64,000 nt of DNA from positions 224,001 to 288,000 of the forward strand of contig CAVTHO010000007.1 of the NCBI GenBank assembly GCA_963734545.1, in the 5' to 3' direction. The notes under the pieces were generated by a model, which worked only from the letters and a program-made list of their open reading frames with translations, was not told where the DNA came from and ran no database searches. Made by a program: the position numbers and the translations under genes. This document shows positions 40,868 through 50,615 of the stretch, piece after piece; the stretch's first letter is position 1; every line of letters starts with the position of its first letter. This stretch comes from an uncultured Spirochaetota bacterium. GTDB lineage: Bacteria > Spirochaetota > Spirochaetia > SZUA-6 > Fen-1364.

Positions 40868-41155
40868 GTCGTGTGAGGGGTTGGCCTTTATCTTCTTGAT
40901 CGCCTCGGCCACTGCGCGGCTTATTTCTGCGGCATACTCGCGGTCATTCACGGCCCGGGCATAGACGCTGCCCATCAGAGATACACGGTAGGTCGGCTTC
41001 ACGTTGTTCAGCGCGTACGCGGCCATGTCCAGCACGCAGTCCTGGCACCGGCAAATGTCGACTGCGGCCGCCATCTGCGTTTCCAGCTCGCTCAACACGG
41101 TGCGCTCCGCTTCGTTCACGAGGCTGTCGAAATCGTAGAGGTCCTTCAGTCCCAT
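40865..41155 (-). CDS. ComFB-family protein
   Basis: LVNEAE, CRCQDCVLDMAAYALN, P.Y, C-terminal NPSH. Confidence 0.88.
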   Translation of the reverse strand: MGLKDLYDFDSLVNEAERTVLSELETQMAAAVDICRCQDCVLDMAAYALNNVKPTYRVSLMGSVYARAVNDREYAAEISRAVAEAIKKIKANPSHD

Positions 41156-41215
41156 CTCAGAGCTCTCGAAATATCATACTCATGTCGCGCGTCTGCTGTC
41201 CAGCAAGGTGTCGGA

Positions 41216-42544
41216 TCACTGGTACTGCTGCCCGCGCTCCAGGGGCTCGAATTTCGTGTATTGCTTGAGGAACGTGAGCTGAAGGTCATCGACAGGCCCG
41301 TTGCGCTGTTTTGCCACCGATATCTCGCGCACCGAGGATTTCAGGTCTTCCGTGTGGATGAAGATCACCACGTCCGCGTCCTGCTCGATGGAGCCCGATT
41401 CACGCAGGTCGGCAAGGGTCGGTTTCTTTCCCTCTGTTTCCCTGCGCACCTGGGAGAGAGCAATGACCGGGATATTGAGCTCCCGGGCAAGACCCTTCAG
41501 TGAGCGGGAAACCTCCGCGATCTGCTCGTGCCGGGGCAGGTCCCTGTTTTCAGACCCGATGAGAGTGATGTAGTCGACAAAGACCACCTTCACGCCCTGG
41601 TTGCTCTTCATCCTGCGGGCCTGGGCGCGCAGATCGAGGAGCTTCAGGTCGGGGGAGTCGCTGATGAACAGGGGTGCTTCGTAGAATCGGGAGCATGCGT
41701 CCGTGATCCTGTTGAAATCCGCCGGGCTCAGCATGCCGGTGCGCATTCTCTGCGAATCGAGACGGGCCTCCATGGAAAGCAGGCGCTGCATGATGGCCAT
41801 GCTCGACATTTCGAGGGAAAAAAAGCCCACAGGGATCTTCTGCTTGATGGCCATGTTGGCCGCTATGGTGAGGGCGAATGCCGTCTTCCCCACTGAAGGC
41901 CGGGCGCCAATGACGATGAACTCGGAGTTTTGAAATCCCATGGTGAGCTTGTCGAGGTCGCTGAACCCCGAGGGGATGCCGGTGTACTCGGTCTTCGAAT
42001 GATAGTGCCTCTCTATCGCTTCGAAGGTCTGTTTGACGACCTCCTTGGAGGTGAGGTAGGTGCCCGTCTGGTGCCGGTCGGAAATCTCGAATATCCGCTT
42101 TTCCGCCTCCTCCAGGATGACGCTGATCTGGGAGCCCTCATCGTGCGCCTGGGCTATTATCTCCTGGGAGACCCGGGCAAGGGTGCGCCGTATGCTCGCC
42201 GCCTGCACGATGCGCGCGTAGAACTCCACGTTCGCGCTTGTAGGAACCGCGGATGTGAGGCGGGAGATGTAGGCCGGCCCGCCGCAGAGCTCCAGGGTGC
42301 CCCGCGCGCGCAGCTCTTCCGTAAGTGTGATCAGATCGATCGAGAGCCCTCGATTGGAGAGCTCGATGACCGCTTCGTAGATCCTCTGGTGCGCACCTTT
42401 GTAGAAGTCCTCCGGGCGGACGAGATGGATGATCGCCGGCAGCGCCTCGGTGTCGATGAGAACGGCGCCGAGGGTGGCCACCTCCGCCTCGTCATTGTGG
42501 GAGGGAACCGCGTCCCTCAGGCCGGTTGACATGGCGCTGCTCAC
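41216..42544 (-). CDS. dnaB: Replicative DNA helicase
   Basis: GARPSVGKT, FSLEM, VDYI, ALSQ, DLRESGSIEQDAD, KQRNGP. Confidence 0.97.
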   Translation of the reverse strand: MSSAMSTGLRDAVPSHNDEAEVATLGAVLIDTEALPAIIHLVRPEDFYKGAHQRIYEAVIELSNRGLSIDLITLTEELRARGTLELCGGPAYISRLTSAVPTSANVEFYARIVQAASIRRTLARVSQEIIAQAHDEGSQISVILEEAEKRIFEISDRHQTGTYLTSKEVVKQTFEAIERHYHSKTEYTGIPSGFSDLDKLTMGFQNSEFIVIGARPSVGKTAFALTIAANMAIKQKIPVGFFSLEMSSMAIMQRLLSMEARLDSQRMRTGMLSPADFNRITDACSRFYEAPLFISDSPDLKLLDLRAQARRMKSNQGVKVVFVDYITLIGSENRDLPRHEQIAEVSRSLKGLARELNIPVIALSQVRRETEGKKPTLADLRESGSIEQDADVVIFIHTEDLKSSVREISVAKQRNGPVDDLQLTFLKQYTKFEPLERGQQYQ

Positions 42545-42574
42545 CGCACCCCCCTTCCCCTGCCGGAATTCCCC

Positions 42575-43171
42575 CTATGTCGCGTCAGGAGAGGCCGGGG
42601 TTTCCTGCTCGCCGGGCTTGGCATCCTTGTGCGCCGCGGCAGGCACGGATTCTGCGGCGGGGGCATCCTTCACCTGCTTCGCCCGCTGCTGCCGCGGCTT
42701 TGCCGGACCCGCTGATCCAGGCTGCGCGGCGCCTTCCACGACGAGCTTGATGATGGCTTCTTCCTTGTCATAGAGGCGGATGCGCACCTTGAACGTTCCC
42801 GTGCTCCTGATCGTGTGCTCGGGAATTTCGATGCGCTTCTTCTCGATCTGGTAGCCTCTCTTTTCCAGCTCCACTCCCACGTTCGTGTTGTTGATGGAGC
42901 CGAAGAGCTTGCCGTTTTCTCCGGCGGGCACGCTGAAGTGGATTTCCTCCGCCTCCAGGCGCTCCTTGAGGCTGGCTGCCTCGAGGCGTTTGCCTTCCTT
43001 CCGTTTCTCTATCGCGGCCCTCTTGTGTCCAAGCGCCGCGAGGAACTCCTTGGTGTGGGGGACCGCGATTTTCTTGGGGAGGAGATAGTTGCGGGCGTAG
43101 CCGTCCGCCACATCCTTGATGTCGCCTTCTTCACCAAGGCCGATCATGTCCTGATTCAGGATCACCTTCAT
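42575..43171 (-). CDS. rplI: 50S ribosomal protein L9 with C-terminal extension
   Basis: MKVIL, VADGYARNYLLP, GKLFGSI. Confidence 0.95.
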   Translation of the reverse strand: MKVILNQDMIGLGEEGDIKDVADGYARNYLLPKKIAVPHTKEFLAALGHKRAAIEKRKEGKRLEAASLKERLEAEEIHFSVPAGENGKLFGSINNTNVGVELEKRGYQIEKKRIEIPEHTIRSTGTFKVRIRLYDKEEAIIKLVVEGAAQPGSAGPAKPRQQRAKQVKDAPAAESVPAAAHKDAKPGEQETPASPDAT

Positions 43172-43191
43172 CTGCAATGGCTCCTTTCGAT

Positions 43192-44202
43192 TCAGCTTTC
43201 TTCAGTCGGCGCCGCGCTCCGGGGAACCCGGTACCGAATCCAGTTTTCAGACACCCCGAGAATGGGGACTGCCAGAATGACGAACAGGCCGGTGCGCGGC
43301 GACACGGCCATGCTCAGCAGCACCGCGATGAGCAGCAGCCAGAGGAGGCGCGGAATCCCATGCTTCTCGAAGAGAAAGCGCAGGATTGCCATGCCCTGCA
43401 GCCCGTACAGGAAGAGCAGCACGAGCCCCACATTCCACGCGGCGTATGCCCAGAACGAGATCCCGAAGGCCAGATCCAGAAGGATGAGGGCCCCCGAGAG
43501 TATGAGCGGCCACAGGTACCACCCCTCCAGGCGGAACGCGGCGAATCGGAATGTCTCGCGCACGCCGAAGATGGCCGACGTGCGCGCCGCCGAGGCCTGT
43601 CCCGCCCACCATGCGAGGGACAGCAGCATGACAACGTCCACCAGAAAGCTCCTCAGGAGAAACGCCAGCACGAGCTCCTGCAACTTTTCAGGGACCAGGA
43701 GGGAGGCGAACAGCGAACCTGCCACGACGTCCGCCGATGAAAAGACCTCTGAAAACATCCTGGCCATGTCGGCGAACAGGTTCGTCATGGACTGCTGGAA
43801 CGGGGCATAGCCGGGCAGCAGAAGCGCGGCGGGGATGGCCGCGATTCCCGCCACAGCGGCAGCGGACAACAGCATCACCAGGGTCCGGGGCCGCCTCTGA
43901 AAAGGAACGTTCATCATCACCATCCCGAGGAACAGCACCAGCACGAACGCGATCTCCACCACGACCATTATGTCCGGCCCGACGGCTCCCCCTGACCGCA
44001 CGAGCGGGAAGAGGCGGATTCCCAGAAAGACGACCAGGAAGACCCCCGAGGCAGCGAACAGACCCTGCATGCCCCTGCGAGATGCCACCACCTGCAGGGG
44101 GATCAGGAACAGCGGGATCATCCCCGTAAAGTACAGGAACAGAGAAGAGATGGTGAAGAGAACAGCCTCCAGCCAAAGCCCGCTCGTGGATCTCTGGTAC
44201 AT
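43192..44202 (-). CDS. DUF2232/YybS-family membrane protein
   Basis: Polytopic; LY.LQG.A motif; conserved slot between rpsR and rplI. Confidence 0.78.
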   Translation of the reverse strand: MYQRSTSGLWLEAVLFTISSLFLYFTGMIPLFLIPLQVVASRRGMQGLFAASGVFLVVFLGIRLFPLVRSGGAVGPDIMVVVEIAFVLVLFLGMVMMNVPFQRRPRTLVMLLSAAAVAGIAAIPAALLLPGYAPFQQSMTNLFADMARMFSEVFSSADVVAGSLFASLLVPEKLQELVLAFLLRSFLVDVVMLLSLAWWAGQASAARTSAIFGVRETFRFAAFRLEGWYLWPLILSGALILLDLAFGISFWAYAAWNVGLVLLFLYGLQGMAILRFLFEKHGIPRLLWLLLIAVLLSMAVSPRTGLFVILAVPILGVSENWIRYRVPRSAAPTEES

Positions 44203-44260
44203 CTGCCCACCGTCGCGCTCACAGTGAGCCGTGAATCCTCACGACCCCTCTATGTGCGCT

Positions 44261-44737
44261 CTATCTCGCGACGTAGGGGAGGAGCGCGAGGCTGCGCGCG
44301 CGCTTGATGGCCCTTGCGAGCTCACGCTGGTGCTTGGCGCAGGTTCCCGTGATCCGACGCGGCATGATTTTGCCCCGCTCGGAGGTGAATCGTTTCAGAG
44401 CGCCCCCGTCCTTCCAGTCGATTGTCGCTTTCTTTATGCAGAACTTGCACACCTTTCTCTTGAAGAAAGTCTTGTGCCGGCCTCCTCTGCCCTGGTAGCC
44501 TCCGCGATCTCCCCGATCTCCGCGATCTCCCCGATCAGCACCGAAACCGCCTTCCCGCCTGAACCCGCCTTCCCGTCGAAACCCGCCCGGCCTGTCACCC
44601 TGTGGGCGGTCGCCCTGAGGACGGTCGCCCTGTGGACGGTCGCCCTGTGGACGATCGCCGTGCGGACGGTCTGAACCTGCCGGGGCCCCCTCAGGGGGTC
44701 GAGCCGGGGAATCGGGTGTATGGGGATTATCTGACAT
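44261..44737 (-). CDS. rpsR: 30S ribosomal protein S18 with long low-complexity N-terminal extension
   Basis: [38 protein letters not shown]. Confidence 0.95.
   Translation of the reverse strand: MSDNPHTPDSPARPPEGAPAGSDRPHGDRPQGDRPQGDRPQGDRPQGDRPGGFRREGGFRREGGFGADRGDRGDRGDRGGYQGRGGRHKTFFKRKVCKFCIKKATIDWKDGGALKRFTSERGKIMPRRITGTCAKHQRELARAIKRARSLALLPYVAR
44594..44668 (-). repeat. Coding 15-bp tandem repeat x5 (RP[H/Q]GD) in rpsR
   Basis: Five GTCGCCCTGTGGACG-like units. Confidence 0.85.
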
Positions 44738-44758
44738 GCTCTTTATCCTCTCTCTTTC

Positions 44759-45211
44759 CTAGAATGGGATGTCGTCTTCGAAATTGTCCGGGGCAGGCGC
44801 TCCGCTCTCGGGGAAGTCCCCGCCGCCCGCGGTGGTCTTTGCTTCCGCTCCCTGTCCGCCGCCGCCCTGGCGGGAGCCTCCGCCGCTTCCGCCGCCAAGA
44901 AGCATCACGTTGGTGGCAAAGATCTCCACCTTGCTCCTGGCCTGGCCCTCCTGCTCCCAGCGGTTCTGTCGGAGCTGGCCCTCGATGCCCACCTGCTTGC
45001 CCTTGACCAGGTACTGGTTCAGAGATTCCGCGGTCTTTCCCCAGAGGACGATGTCGAAGAAGTGGGACTCGTCCACCCACTGGTCATCTTTCTTCCTTCT
45101 CTGGTTGATCGCGATGCTGAACTTGCTGACCGCGGAGCCATTGTTCGTGTACTTCAGCTCCGCGTTCCGCGTCAGCCTGCCCACGAGCACCACGTGATTG
45201 ATGTCTGCCAT
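44759..45211 (-). CDS. ssb: Single-stranded DNA-binding protein
   Basis: INHVVLVGRLTR, KGKQVGIEG, C-terminal DDIPF. Confidence 0.97.
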   Translation of the reverse strand: MADINHVVLVGRLTRNAELKYTNNGSAVSKFSIAINQRRKKDDQWVDESHFFDIVLWGKTAESLNQYLVKGKQVGIEGQLRQNRWEQEGQARSKVEIFATNVMLLGGGSGGGSRQGGGGQGAEAKTTAGGGDFPESGAPAPDNFEDDIPF

Positions 45212-45230
45212 ACCGCCCTCCCGGAGGAAG

Positions 45231-45512
45231 CTAATTGTCCTGGCGGACGAACAGGTACTTCAGTATCTCTGGCCTGAGCTTGAGTGACTTGTTCAGCGCC
45301 CGAAGGGGCTCGGGGGCGCTCTCAATGATGTACAGGACATAGCGACCCCGGTCATTCTTGCGTACCGGGTACGCGAGGAGCCGGTCTCCCATGTCCTCTT
45401 CTTTTTTGATTGTGATCCCCGAGCTGTCGAATTCCTTCCTCAGGAACTCCCGCCCCGCCTGGTGCTGGGCTTCCTCGCTCGCGAAGATCACTACCGCTTC
45501 GTAGGTCTTCAT
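45231..45512 (-). CDS. rpsF: 30S ribosomal protein S6
   Basis: MKTYE, MGDRLLAYPV, G.Y, ILKYL; first gene of the rpsF-ssb-rpsR operon. Confidence 0.92.
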   Translation of the reverse strand: MKTYEAVVIFASEEAQHQAGREFLRKEFDSSGITIKKEEDMGDRLLAYPVRKNDRGRYVLYIIESAPEPLRALNKSLKLRPEILKYLFVRQDN

Positions 45513-45518
45513 CTGTCG

Positions 45519-45570
45519 TTCCTCCCTGTGGACGTACGACTCGCGCCGATGACGCGAGTAAAGAGGTAAA
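45519..45570 (-). promoter_or_regulatory. bS6:bS18-binding leader RNA
   Basis: Minus strand CCTCTTT pairs with AGGGAGG (the SD); inner hairpin ACTCGCG/CGCGAGT; unpaired CCA (CCR motif) just before the SD; promoter TTGACA-17-TATCGT at 45575-45603. Confidence 0.7.
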
Positions 45571-45639
45571 AGCCACGATAGCGGCCGGGAGGCTCCCTGT
45601 CAAGTGACCCTCGGATTACACCGATCATGGGAGTGTACA

Positions 45640-46101
45640 ATGACCCGCAGAATCAACTACGAGGACGATATCTTCACGCTTGCGCTTCAGGTGCGCTGTC
45701 TCCAGGACACGTTGAAGCTCGAGGTCGACCCGGAGCTGTTCAAAGAGAGACTCCTGGGGGACATCGCGTGGATCGATGCCACGATCAGCCGCCTGTACCA
45801 GAGCCTCAAGGAGAGCTCGCTTTTCGTCAAGCGCCAGGAGCATCTCAAGGAGCTGCAGAAGCTCAAGCGCGCGTTTGCGGGGGCCCTGGATGCCCTGGTA
45901 GAGAAGCGCGCACCCTTTGCCGTCCACATCGTGGAGAAGAGTGGGGAACTGCGCGGCATACGGGATTCGCATCTGCGGGACATCGAGGAAATCAGGTCGA
46001 TTCTGGCGGGAAAGGGCGCTCCTGAGGTGGAGCACATGGTGTCGACCGAGGAGCTCAAATTCCTCATGACCTCTGACGAGGAAGAGAACGAGGGAACGTA
46101 G
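45640..46101 (+). CDS. Conserved hypothetical helical protein
   Basis: GGGAG RBS; INYEDDIF and VSTEELKFLM patterns; normal GC3 bias. Confidence 0.75.
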   Translation: MTRRINYEDDIFTLALQVRCLQDTLKLEVDPELFKERLLGDIAWIDATISRLYQSLKESSLFVKRQEHLKELQKLKRAFAGALDALVEKRAPFAVHIVEKSGELRGIRDSHLRDIEEIRSILAGKGAPEVEHMVSTEELKFLMTSDEEENEGT

Positions 46102-46191
46102 GCACGGATGCCGAGAGCGAGCCCATAGGCACGGATGCCGAGGGCGAGCGAGTCCAGGGATGGACGAGAGCGAGCCCATAGGCACGGGCTC
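46088..46191 (+). repeat. ANGGAN hairpin cluster, locus 2
   Basis: TAGGCACGGATGCCGAG x2, GAGAGCGAGCCCATAGGCACGG x2, GTCC-AGGGAT-GGAC. Confidence 0.85.
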
Positions 46192-46349
46192 GCGGCGCGC
46201 CTTCGCGGGCACCTGCGCGGAGGCACTTGACCTTCCTCTCCCATCCTATGTACTGTACGGGCAGAATTCAGAGGCACGTCACTCGTGCGCTCAACGCAGA
46301 GCGCCGGATGGGGAGCGCCCGAACAGGCTTACGACAGGGGTGAGCAGGC

Positions 46350-46667
46350 ATGTACGTTCTGGTTGATATTCTAGGCAAACAGTACAAGGTCGAGCAGGGA
46401 AGCGTCCTGAAGGTGGACCACCTTTCGCAGGAGAAGGGCGCCCAGGTGGAATTCCCCTCGGTCCTCATGGTATCCGATGGCGCAACTGCAAAAATCGGCA
46501 ACCCGTACCTCTCCGGCGTGACCGTGCGGGCGGTGGTCGAGGACCACGGGAAAGCGCGCAAGCTCGTGTTCGGCAAGTACAAGAAGAAGAAGAACTACCG
46601 GCGGCGGTACGGTCATCGCCAGCAGTACTCTCTCATCAAGGTAGAGGGCATCAACGGCGTCGGCTGA
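46350..46667 (+). CDS. rplU: 50S ribosomal protein L21
   Basis: GKQYKV, IGNPY, KKKNYRRRYGHRQ. Confidence 0.96.
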   Translation: MYVLVDILGKQYKVEQGSVLKVDHLSQEKGAQVEFPSVLMVSDGATAKIGNPYLSGVTVRAVVEDHGKARKLVFGKYKKKKNYRRRYGHRQQYSLIKVEGINGVG

Positions 46668-46695
46668 TACTCCTGTCGTACGCATCTTCCTTGCC

Positions 46696-47010
46696 GTGTC
46701 GCCCGACGGTCTCCTGCGCCGCCTCGAGGCGGAGGGACACGCAGGCGTCAAGGCCGCGGGAGGCAACATCGCGTGCGCGGCCGTTTCCATGCTTCTGCGG
46801 ACTGCGGGTCGCGTCTGCGCACAGCGGGGATTGGCGGTGGAGGGCGGAGCGGAGAGTCCGGGTGAGATGAGACTGGTCGTGCCCCCCGGAGCGGATGCCG
46901 ATACAGGGTGGCTTCGGGGAGTGACGGATTTTCTTTTGAGAGGCGTAAATGATCTGAAGGACGAATTCCCGAAAGAGATCGTCCTTCGGGTGGAAATGAC
47001 GGAGGGATGA
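46696..47010 (+). CDS. Ribosomal-processing cysteine protease Prp (YsxB) homologue
   Basis: EGHAG and NIACAAVS catalytic His/Cys motifs; between rplU and rpmA; exact start uncertain. Confidence 0.85.
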   Translation: MSPDGLLRRLEAEGHAGVKAAGGNIACAAVSMLLRTAGRVCAQRGLAVEGGAESPGEMRLVVPPGADADTGWLRGVTDFLLRGVNDLKDEFPKEIVLRVEMTEG

Positions 47011-47011
47011 A

Positions 47012-47266
47012 GTGGGACGCAAGAAAGGCGGCGCCGCGAAGAATGGCCGTGATTCGCAGTCGAAGAGACTGGGGATCAAGAGGTACGCGGGCCAGGCGGT
47101 CCGAGCGGGGACCATCATAGTCCGCCAGAGGGGGACCAAGTTCCACCCGGGCGAACGCGTGGGGAGGGGCCGCGACGACACCCTGTTCGCGCTCGTGGAC
47201 GGAAATGTTGTCTTCCATAGCAGGAAGGGAAGGAATTTCGTCGCCATCCAGCCTACGCAGAACTGA
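47012..47266 (+). CDS. rpmA: 50S ribosomal protein L27 (short form)
   Basis: [34 protein letters not shown]. Confidence 0.97.
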   Translation: MGRKKGGAAKNGRDSQSKRLGIKRYAGQAVRAGTIIVRQRGTKFHPGERVGRGRDDTLFALVDGNVVFHSRKGRNFVAIQPTQN

Positions 47267-47272
47267 GACCTC

Positions 47273-48301
47273 GTGAACGGCTTCGTGGATGAGACAACGA
47301 TCGTCGTCTCGTCCGGCAAGGGGGGCGACGGGGCCGTGTCCTTCCGAAGGGAGAAGTACGTGCCGCGCGGCGGTCCCGACGGAGGAGACGGCGGCAAGGG
47401 CGGCGACGTAATCTTTATCGTAAAATCCAACCTGAAAACCCTTTCCCATCTCAAGCTCAGGCGGATCTTCAAGGCAGCGGACGGCGGCCGCGGCGCCGGG
47501 CAGAAGATGCATGGGAAGGATGGCAAGGACGCTCTCATCCCCGTGCCTCCCGGCACGGTGCTCCGCGATCCCGAGACAGGGGATTCTCTTGCTGATCTGA
47601 CGGGAGTGACCGAGCAGTTCGTCTTCCTGCGGGGCGGCCGCGGAGGAAAGGGAAACTCCCACTACGCGACACCGGTGAACCAGGCGCCCCGCTATGCCCA
47701 GAAGGGCGGAGAGGGCAACACGCGCGAGCTGAAGGCCGAGCTGCATCTCATAGCGGACATCGGCCTCGTGGGCCAGCCGAACGCCGGGAAATCGACCCTT
47801 CTCTCGATTCTCACGAATGCCCACCCCCTGATCGCCGACTATCCTTTCACCACGAAATCGCCGAATCTCGGCCTGCTGCGACTGCCGGAGCGGGACGTGA
47901 TCCTGGCCGACATCCCCGGTATCGTGGAGGGGGCTTCGCAGGGCAAGGGGCTCGGCCTCCGTTTTCTCCGGCACATCGAGCGCTGCGCCGCGCTGCTGTA
48001 CCTCGTCGACTTGTCCGGGGAAGAGTGCCCGGCAACGGTGCGCGTCCTGCAGGAGGAGCTTGCTTCCTACGCGGCCGTTCTCTCGGCCCGGCCGCGCCTT
48101 CTCGTGGGAACAAAGCTCGACCTGCCCCGGGCCCCGCAGGGCCTCGCGGATCTGCAGTCCGCCTTTCCGGAAGACCGCATCCTTGCGATTTCCTCCTTCT
48201 CCCGCGAGGGGGTCAGCGAGCTGAAGAAGGCAATCCTCGGCCTCGTGGGCGCGGCCGGGGCAGCGGTCGGGGGCAACGGACGGGGAGGAGAGGGACAATG
48301 A
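47273..48301 (+). CDS. obgE: GTPase Obg
   Basis: FRREKYVPRGGPDGGDGG, VGQPNAGKST, ADYPFTT, DIPG, GLGLRFLRHIER. Confidence 0.97.
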   Translation: MNGFVDETTIVVSSGKGGDGAVSFRREKYVPRGGPDGGDGGKGGDVIFIVKSNLKTLSHLKLRRIFKAADGGRGAGQKMHGKDGKDALIPVPPGTVLRDPETGDSLADLTGVTEQFVFLRGGRGGKGNSHYATPVNQAPRYAQKGGEGNTRELKAELHLIADIGLVGQPNAGKSTLLSILTNAHPLIADYPFTTKSPNLGLLRLPERDVILADIPGIVEGASQGKGLGLRFLRHIERCAALLYLVDLSGEECPATVRVLQEELASYAAVLSARPRLLVGTKLDLPRAPQGLADLQSAFPEDRILAISSFSREGVSELKKAILGLVGAAGAAVGGNGRGGEGQ

Positions 48302-48870
48302 AGGCCGTTGTCCTGGGAGGCACATTCAATCCCGTGCACTATGGCCACCTTTTTGTCGCGGAAGAAGTGCGCACCGCGCTGGGATATGACACGGTCATTT
48401 TCGTTCCGGCCAACCAGCCCGTGCACAAGGACCGGGCGCCCATACTCGTGCCGGAGCACCGGCTTGCCATGCTCCGTCTTGCGGTCCGGGACCACGACGA
48501 GTTCATCGTGGATGCAGGCGACATCGAACGCGGCGGGCCCTCCTATTCGATCGACACGGTCGCGGATCTCATCCCCCGGTACGGCATCGTGGGGAAACCC
48601 GGGTTTGTCATCGGGGATGATCTCGTGGCGGGCTTTCCCACCTGGAAGAACGTGGAACGGCTCGTGGAGATAGTCGATCTCGTGGTGGCCAGGAGAACGC
48701 TGGCGGGGCCCGTGCAGCTCGCGCATCCGCACCGCATCGTCACGAACACGGTTCTCCCCATCTCCTCGTCGGAGATACGGCGGAGACTGGGCGAGGGCAG
48801 GACCGTGAAGTACCTCCTTCCCGACCCGGTGCTCGCCTATATCAGGGACAACAAGCTGTATGGACGATAG
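48298..48870 (+). CDS. nadD: Nicotinate-nucleotide adenylyltransferase
   Basis: GGTFNPVHYGH, SYSIDT, IGDD, ISSSEIR. Confidence 0.95.
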   Translation: MKAVVLGGTFNPVHYGHLFVAEEVRTALGYDTVIFVPANQPVHKDRAPILVPEHRLAMLRLAVRDHDEFIVDAGDIERGGPSYSIDTVADLIPRYGIVGKPGFVIGDDLVAGFPTWKNVERLVEIVDLVVARRTLAGPVQLAHPHRIVTNTVLPISSSEIRRRLGEGRTVKYLLPDPVLAYIRDNKLYGR

Positions 48871-49438
48871 AAACGTCTGGCGATCGAGGGCTTCTGCGCT
48901 CGTGGAAGCGAGTCTCTCGAAGGCGAGGCTCAGCCATTCCCGCGAAGTGGCGCGTCTGGCGAGCGAGCTGTGCGACAGGTTCCACGCGGATGAAGAGAAA
49001 GGCTACATCGCCGGAATGGCGCACGACCTTGCCCGTGAGCTGGACCCGGCCGAAATCTTCCTCCTTGCGGAGACGGATGGGCTGCCTCTGAGCGAATGGG
49101 AGCGGGCAAATCCGCTGCTCCTGCACGGCCGCGCCGCCGCGGCCATCCTCAGCAAGCATACAGGCTACAATGACCGGGAGACCCTTCAGGCCATCCGCGA
49201 CCACGTGACAGGACGCGGGGCCATGGGCCCCATCTCCAAGATCGTGTTCGTCGCCGATTTTCTGGAGCCGACACGGGATTTCGTCTCCCCGGAGTTTCGC
49301 CGGCGGTCTCTCGGCCTCAGCCTCGACGAGATGACGCTCGCGGTTCTCGAGCGCAAGATCCACTACGTGCGCGCCGAGTCGCGGGAGATCGCCCCGGACG
49401 CGCAGGCGCTGCATGCGGAGCTCACGTCCCATGCTTGA
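48860..49438 (+). CDS. yqeK: YqeK-family HD hydrolase (Ap4A hydrolase)
   Basis: RLSHS, AHDLARE, LLHG, AIRDH.TG, ADFLEP; follows nadD. Confidence 0.88.
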   Translation: MDDRNVWRSRASALVEASLSKARLSHSREVARLASELCDRFHADEEKGYIAGMAHDLARELDPAEIFLLAETDGLPLSEWERANPLLLHGRAAAAILSKHTGYNDRETLQAIRDHVTGRGAMGPISKIVFVADFLEPTRDFVSPEFRRRSLGLSLDEMTLAVLERKIHYVRAESREIAPDAQALHAELTSHA

Positions 49439-50615
49439 CAGGCGCAGCCGCAGAGCGGACAGGAGCATCATCCTTCTCGTGCTGATCGTCGTGATCATCG
49501 CGGCCACCGGACTCTATGCCTATGTTCAGCTGCGGGTGGATCAGATTACCGAGGCGCTCAAGAAAAAGCTCCCTCTCGCTACGCTCTTCGTGATATCCGA
49601 CGGGGACAAGCCCCTCTTTTTCGAGGTATTCTTCTACAACCCCGATACGCGCAAAGGATCGCTTTTCTACGTGCCGACGAATCTCGGCGGCGTGATCGCC
49701 GACATCAACAAGGTGGACGGGCTGGACGTGCTGTACCGCCGATCCAACCCCGCCCCGCTCGCGCGGAAGATCGAGAGCCTGATGGGCGTTTCCCTGCAGA
49801 CGGTCATCGACATCAGCAGGGAAGACGTGGGAAAGGTGGTCGATCTGATCGGGGGCGTGGACGTGTTCATTCCCAACCCCGTGGATTTCACGCAGGAGGG
49901 AAAGCGCATTCTCCTCCCCTCGGGGAGCGTGACGCTGGACGGCGACAAGGCCCTGGATTTCATCAGCTACCAGGATCCCCTGGAGTCCGACACGGAAAGG
50001 ATCGGCCGCAGGCAGAAGTTCCTCCAGGCCCTGCTGAAGGGGCTCGGAGAGAACAACGTGTTCCTCATGCAGCGGGCACCCTTCAGAGTGCTGCGCGGGC
50101 TCCTGCGCACCAACCTTCCCCCGCGCGCGCTCGGCGCATTCGTCACCGAAATGGGCCGCTTCGATTCGGAGCGGATGGTGCTGCAGCGAGTCCTGGGCAC
50201 CACCCGCTCGGTCGACGGCCGCGATCTGCTGTTCCCTCACCAGGAAGGGGAGCTGTTCAAGCAGGCCGTGAAGCAGACCCTCGCGGCCAACGCGTCGAAC
50301 GAGTTCATCCCGCCCGACTCGCTCTCCATCACCGTGGAGGTGCTCAACGGGACGAAAACCCCCGGGCTGGCCACCCGGGCGCGAGACCTCTTTCAAAGCT
50401 ATGACCTGGAGGTCATGGCGCCCAACAACGCCGACAACGACCAGTACCTGAACACGGTGGTGCTGGACAGGAAGGGCAACCTGGACAACGCGCGCAAGGT
50501 GGCGGATATACTCCACTGCTCGAGGATCTTTTCGAAACCTGACCCGCAGATGGACCAGGCGGTGGACGTGACGGTGATTCTCGGCAAGGATTTCGATGGC
50601 AGATATGTCAAGTAG
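49431..50615 (+). CDS. LCP-family protein with LytR C-terminal domain
   Basis: N-terminal TM; VDLIGGVDV, LDGDKAL, R..RQ; VEVLNGT..PGLA, DVTVILGKD. Confidence 0.85.
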   Translation: MLDRRSRRADRSIILLVLIVVIIAATGLYAYVQLRVDQITEALKKKLPLATLFVISDGDKPLFFEVFFYNPDTRKGSLFYVPTNLGGVIADINKVDGLDVLYRRSNPAPLARKIESLMGVSLQTVIDISREDVGKVVDLIGGVDVFIPNPVDFTQEGKRILLPSGSVTLDGDKALDFISYQDPLESDTERIGRRQKFLQALLKGLGENNVFLMQRAPFRVLRGLLRTNLPPRALGAFVTEMGRFDSERMVLQRVLGTTRSVDGRDLLFPHQEGELFKQAVKQTLAANASNEFIPPDSLSITVEVLNGTKTPGLATRARDLFQSYDLEVMAPNNADNDQYLNTVVLDRKGNLDNARKVADILHCSRIFSKPDPQMDQAVDVTVILGKDFDGRYVK

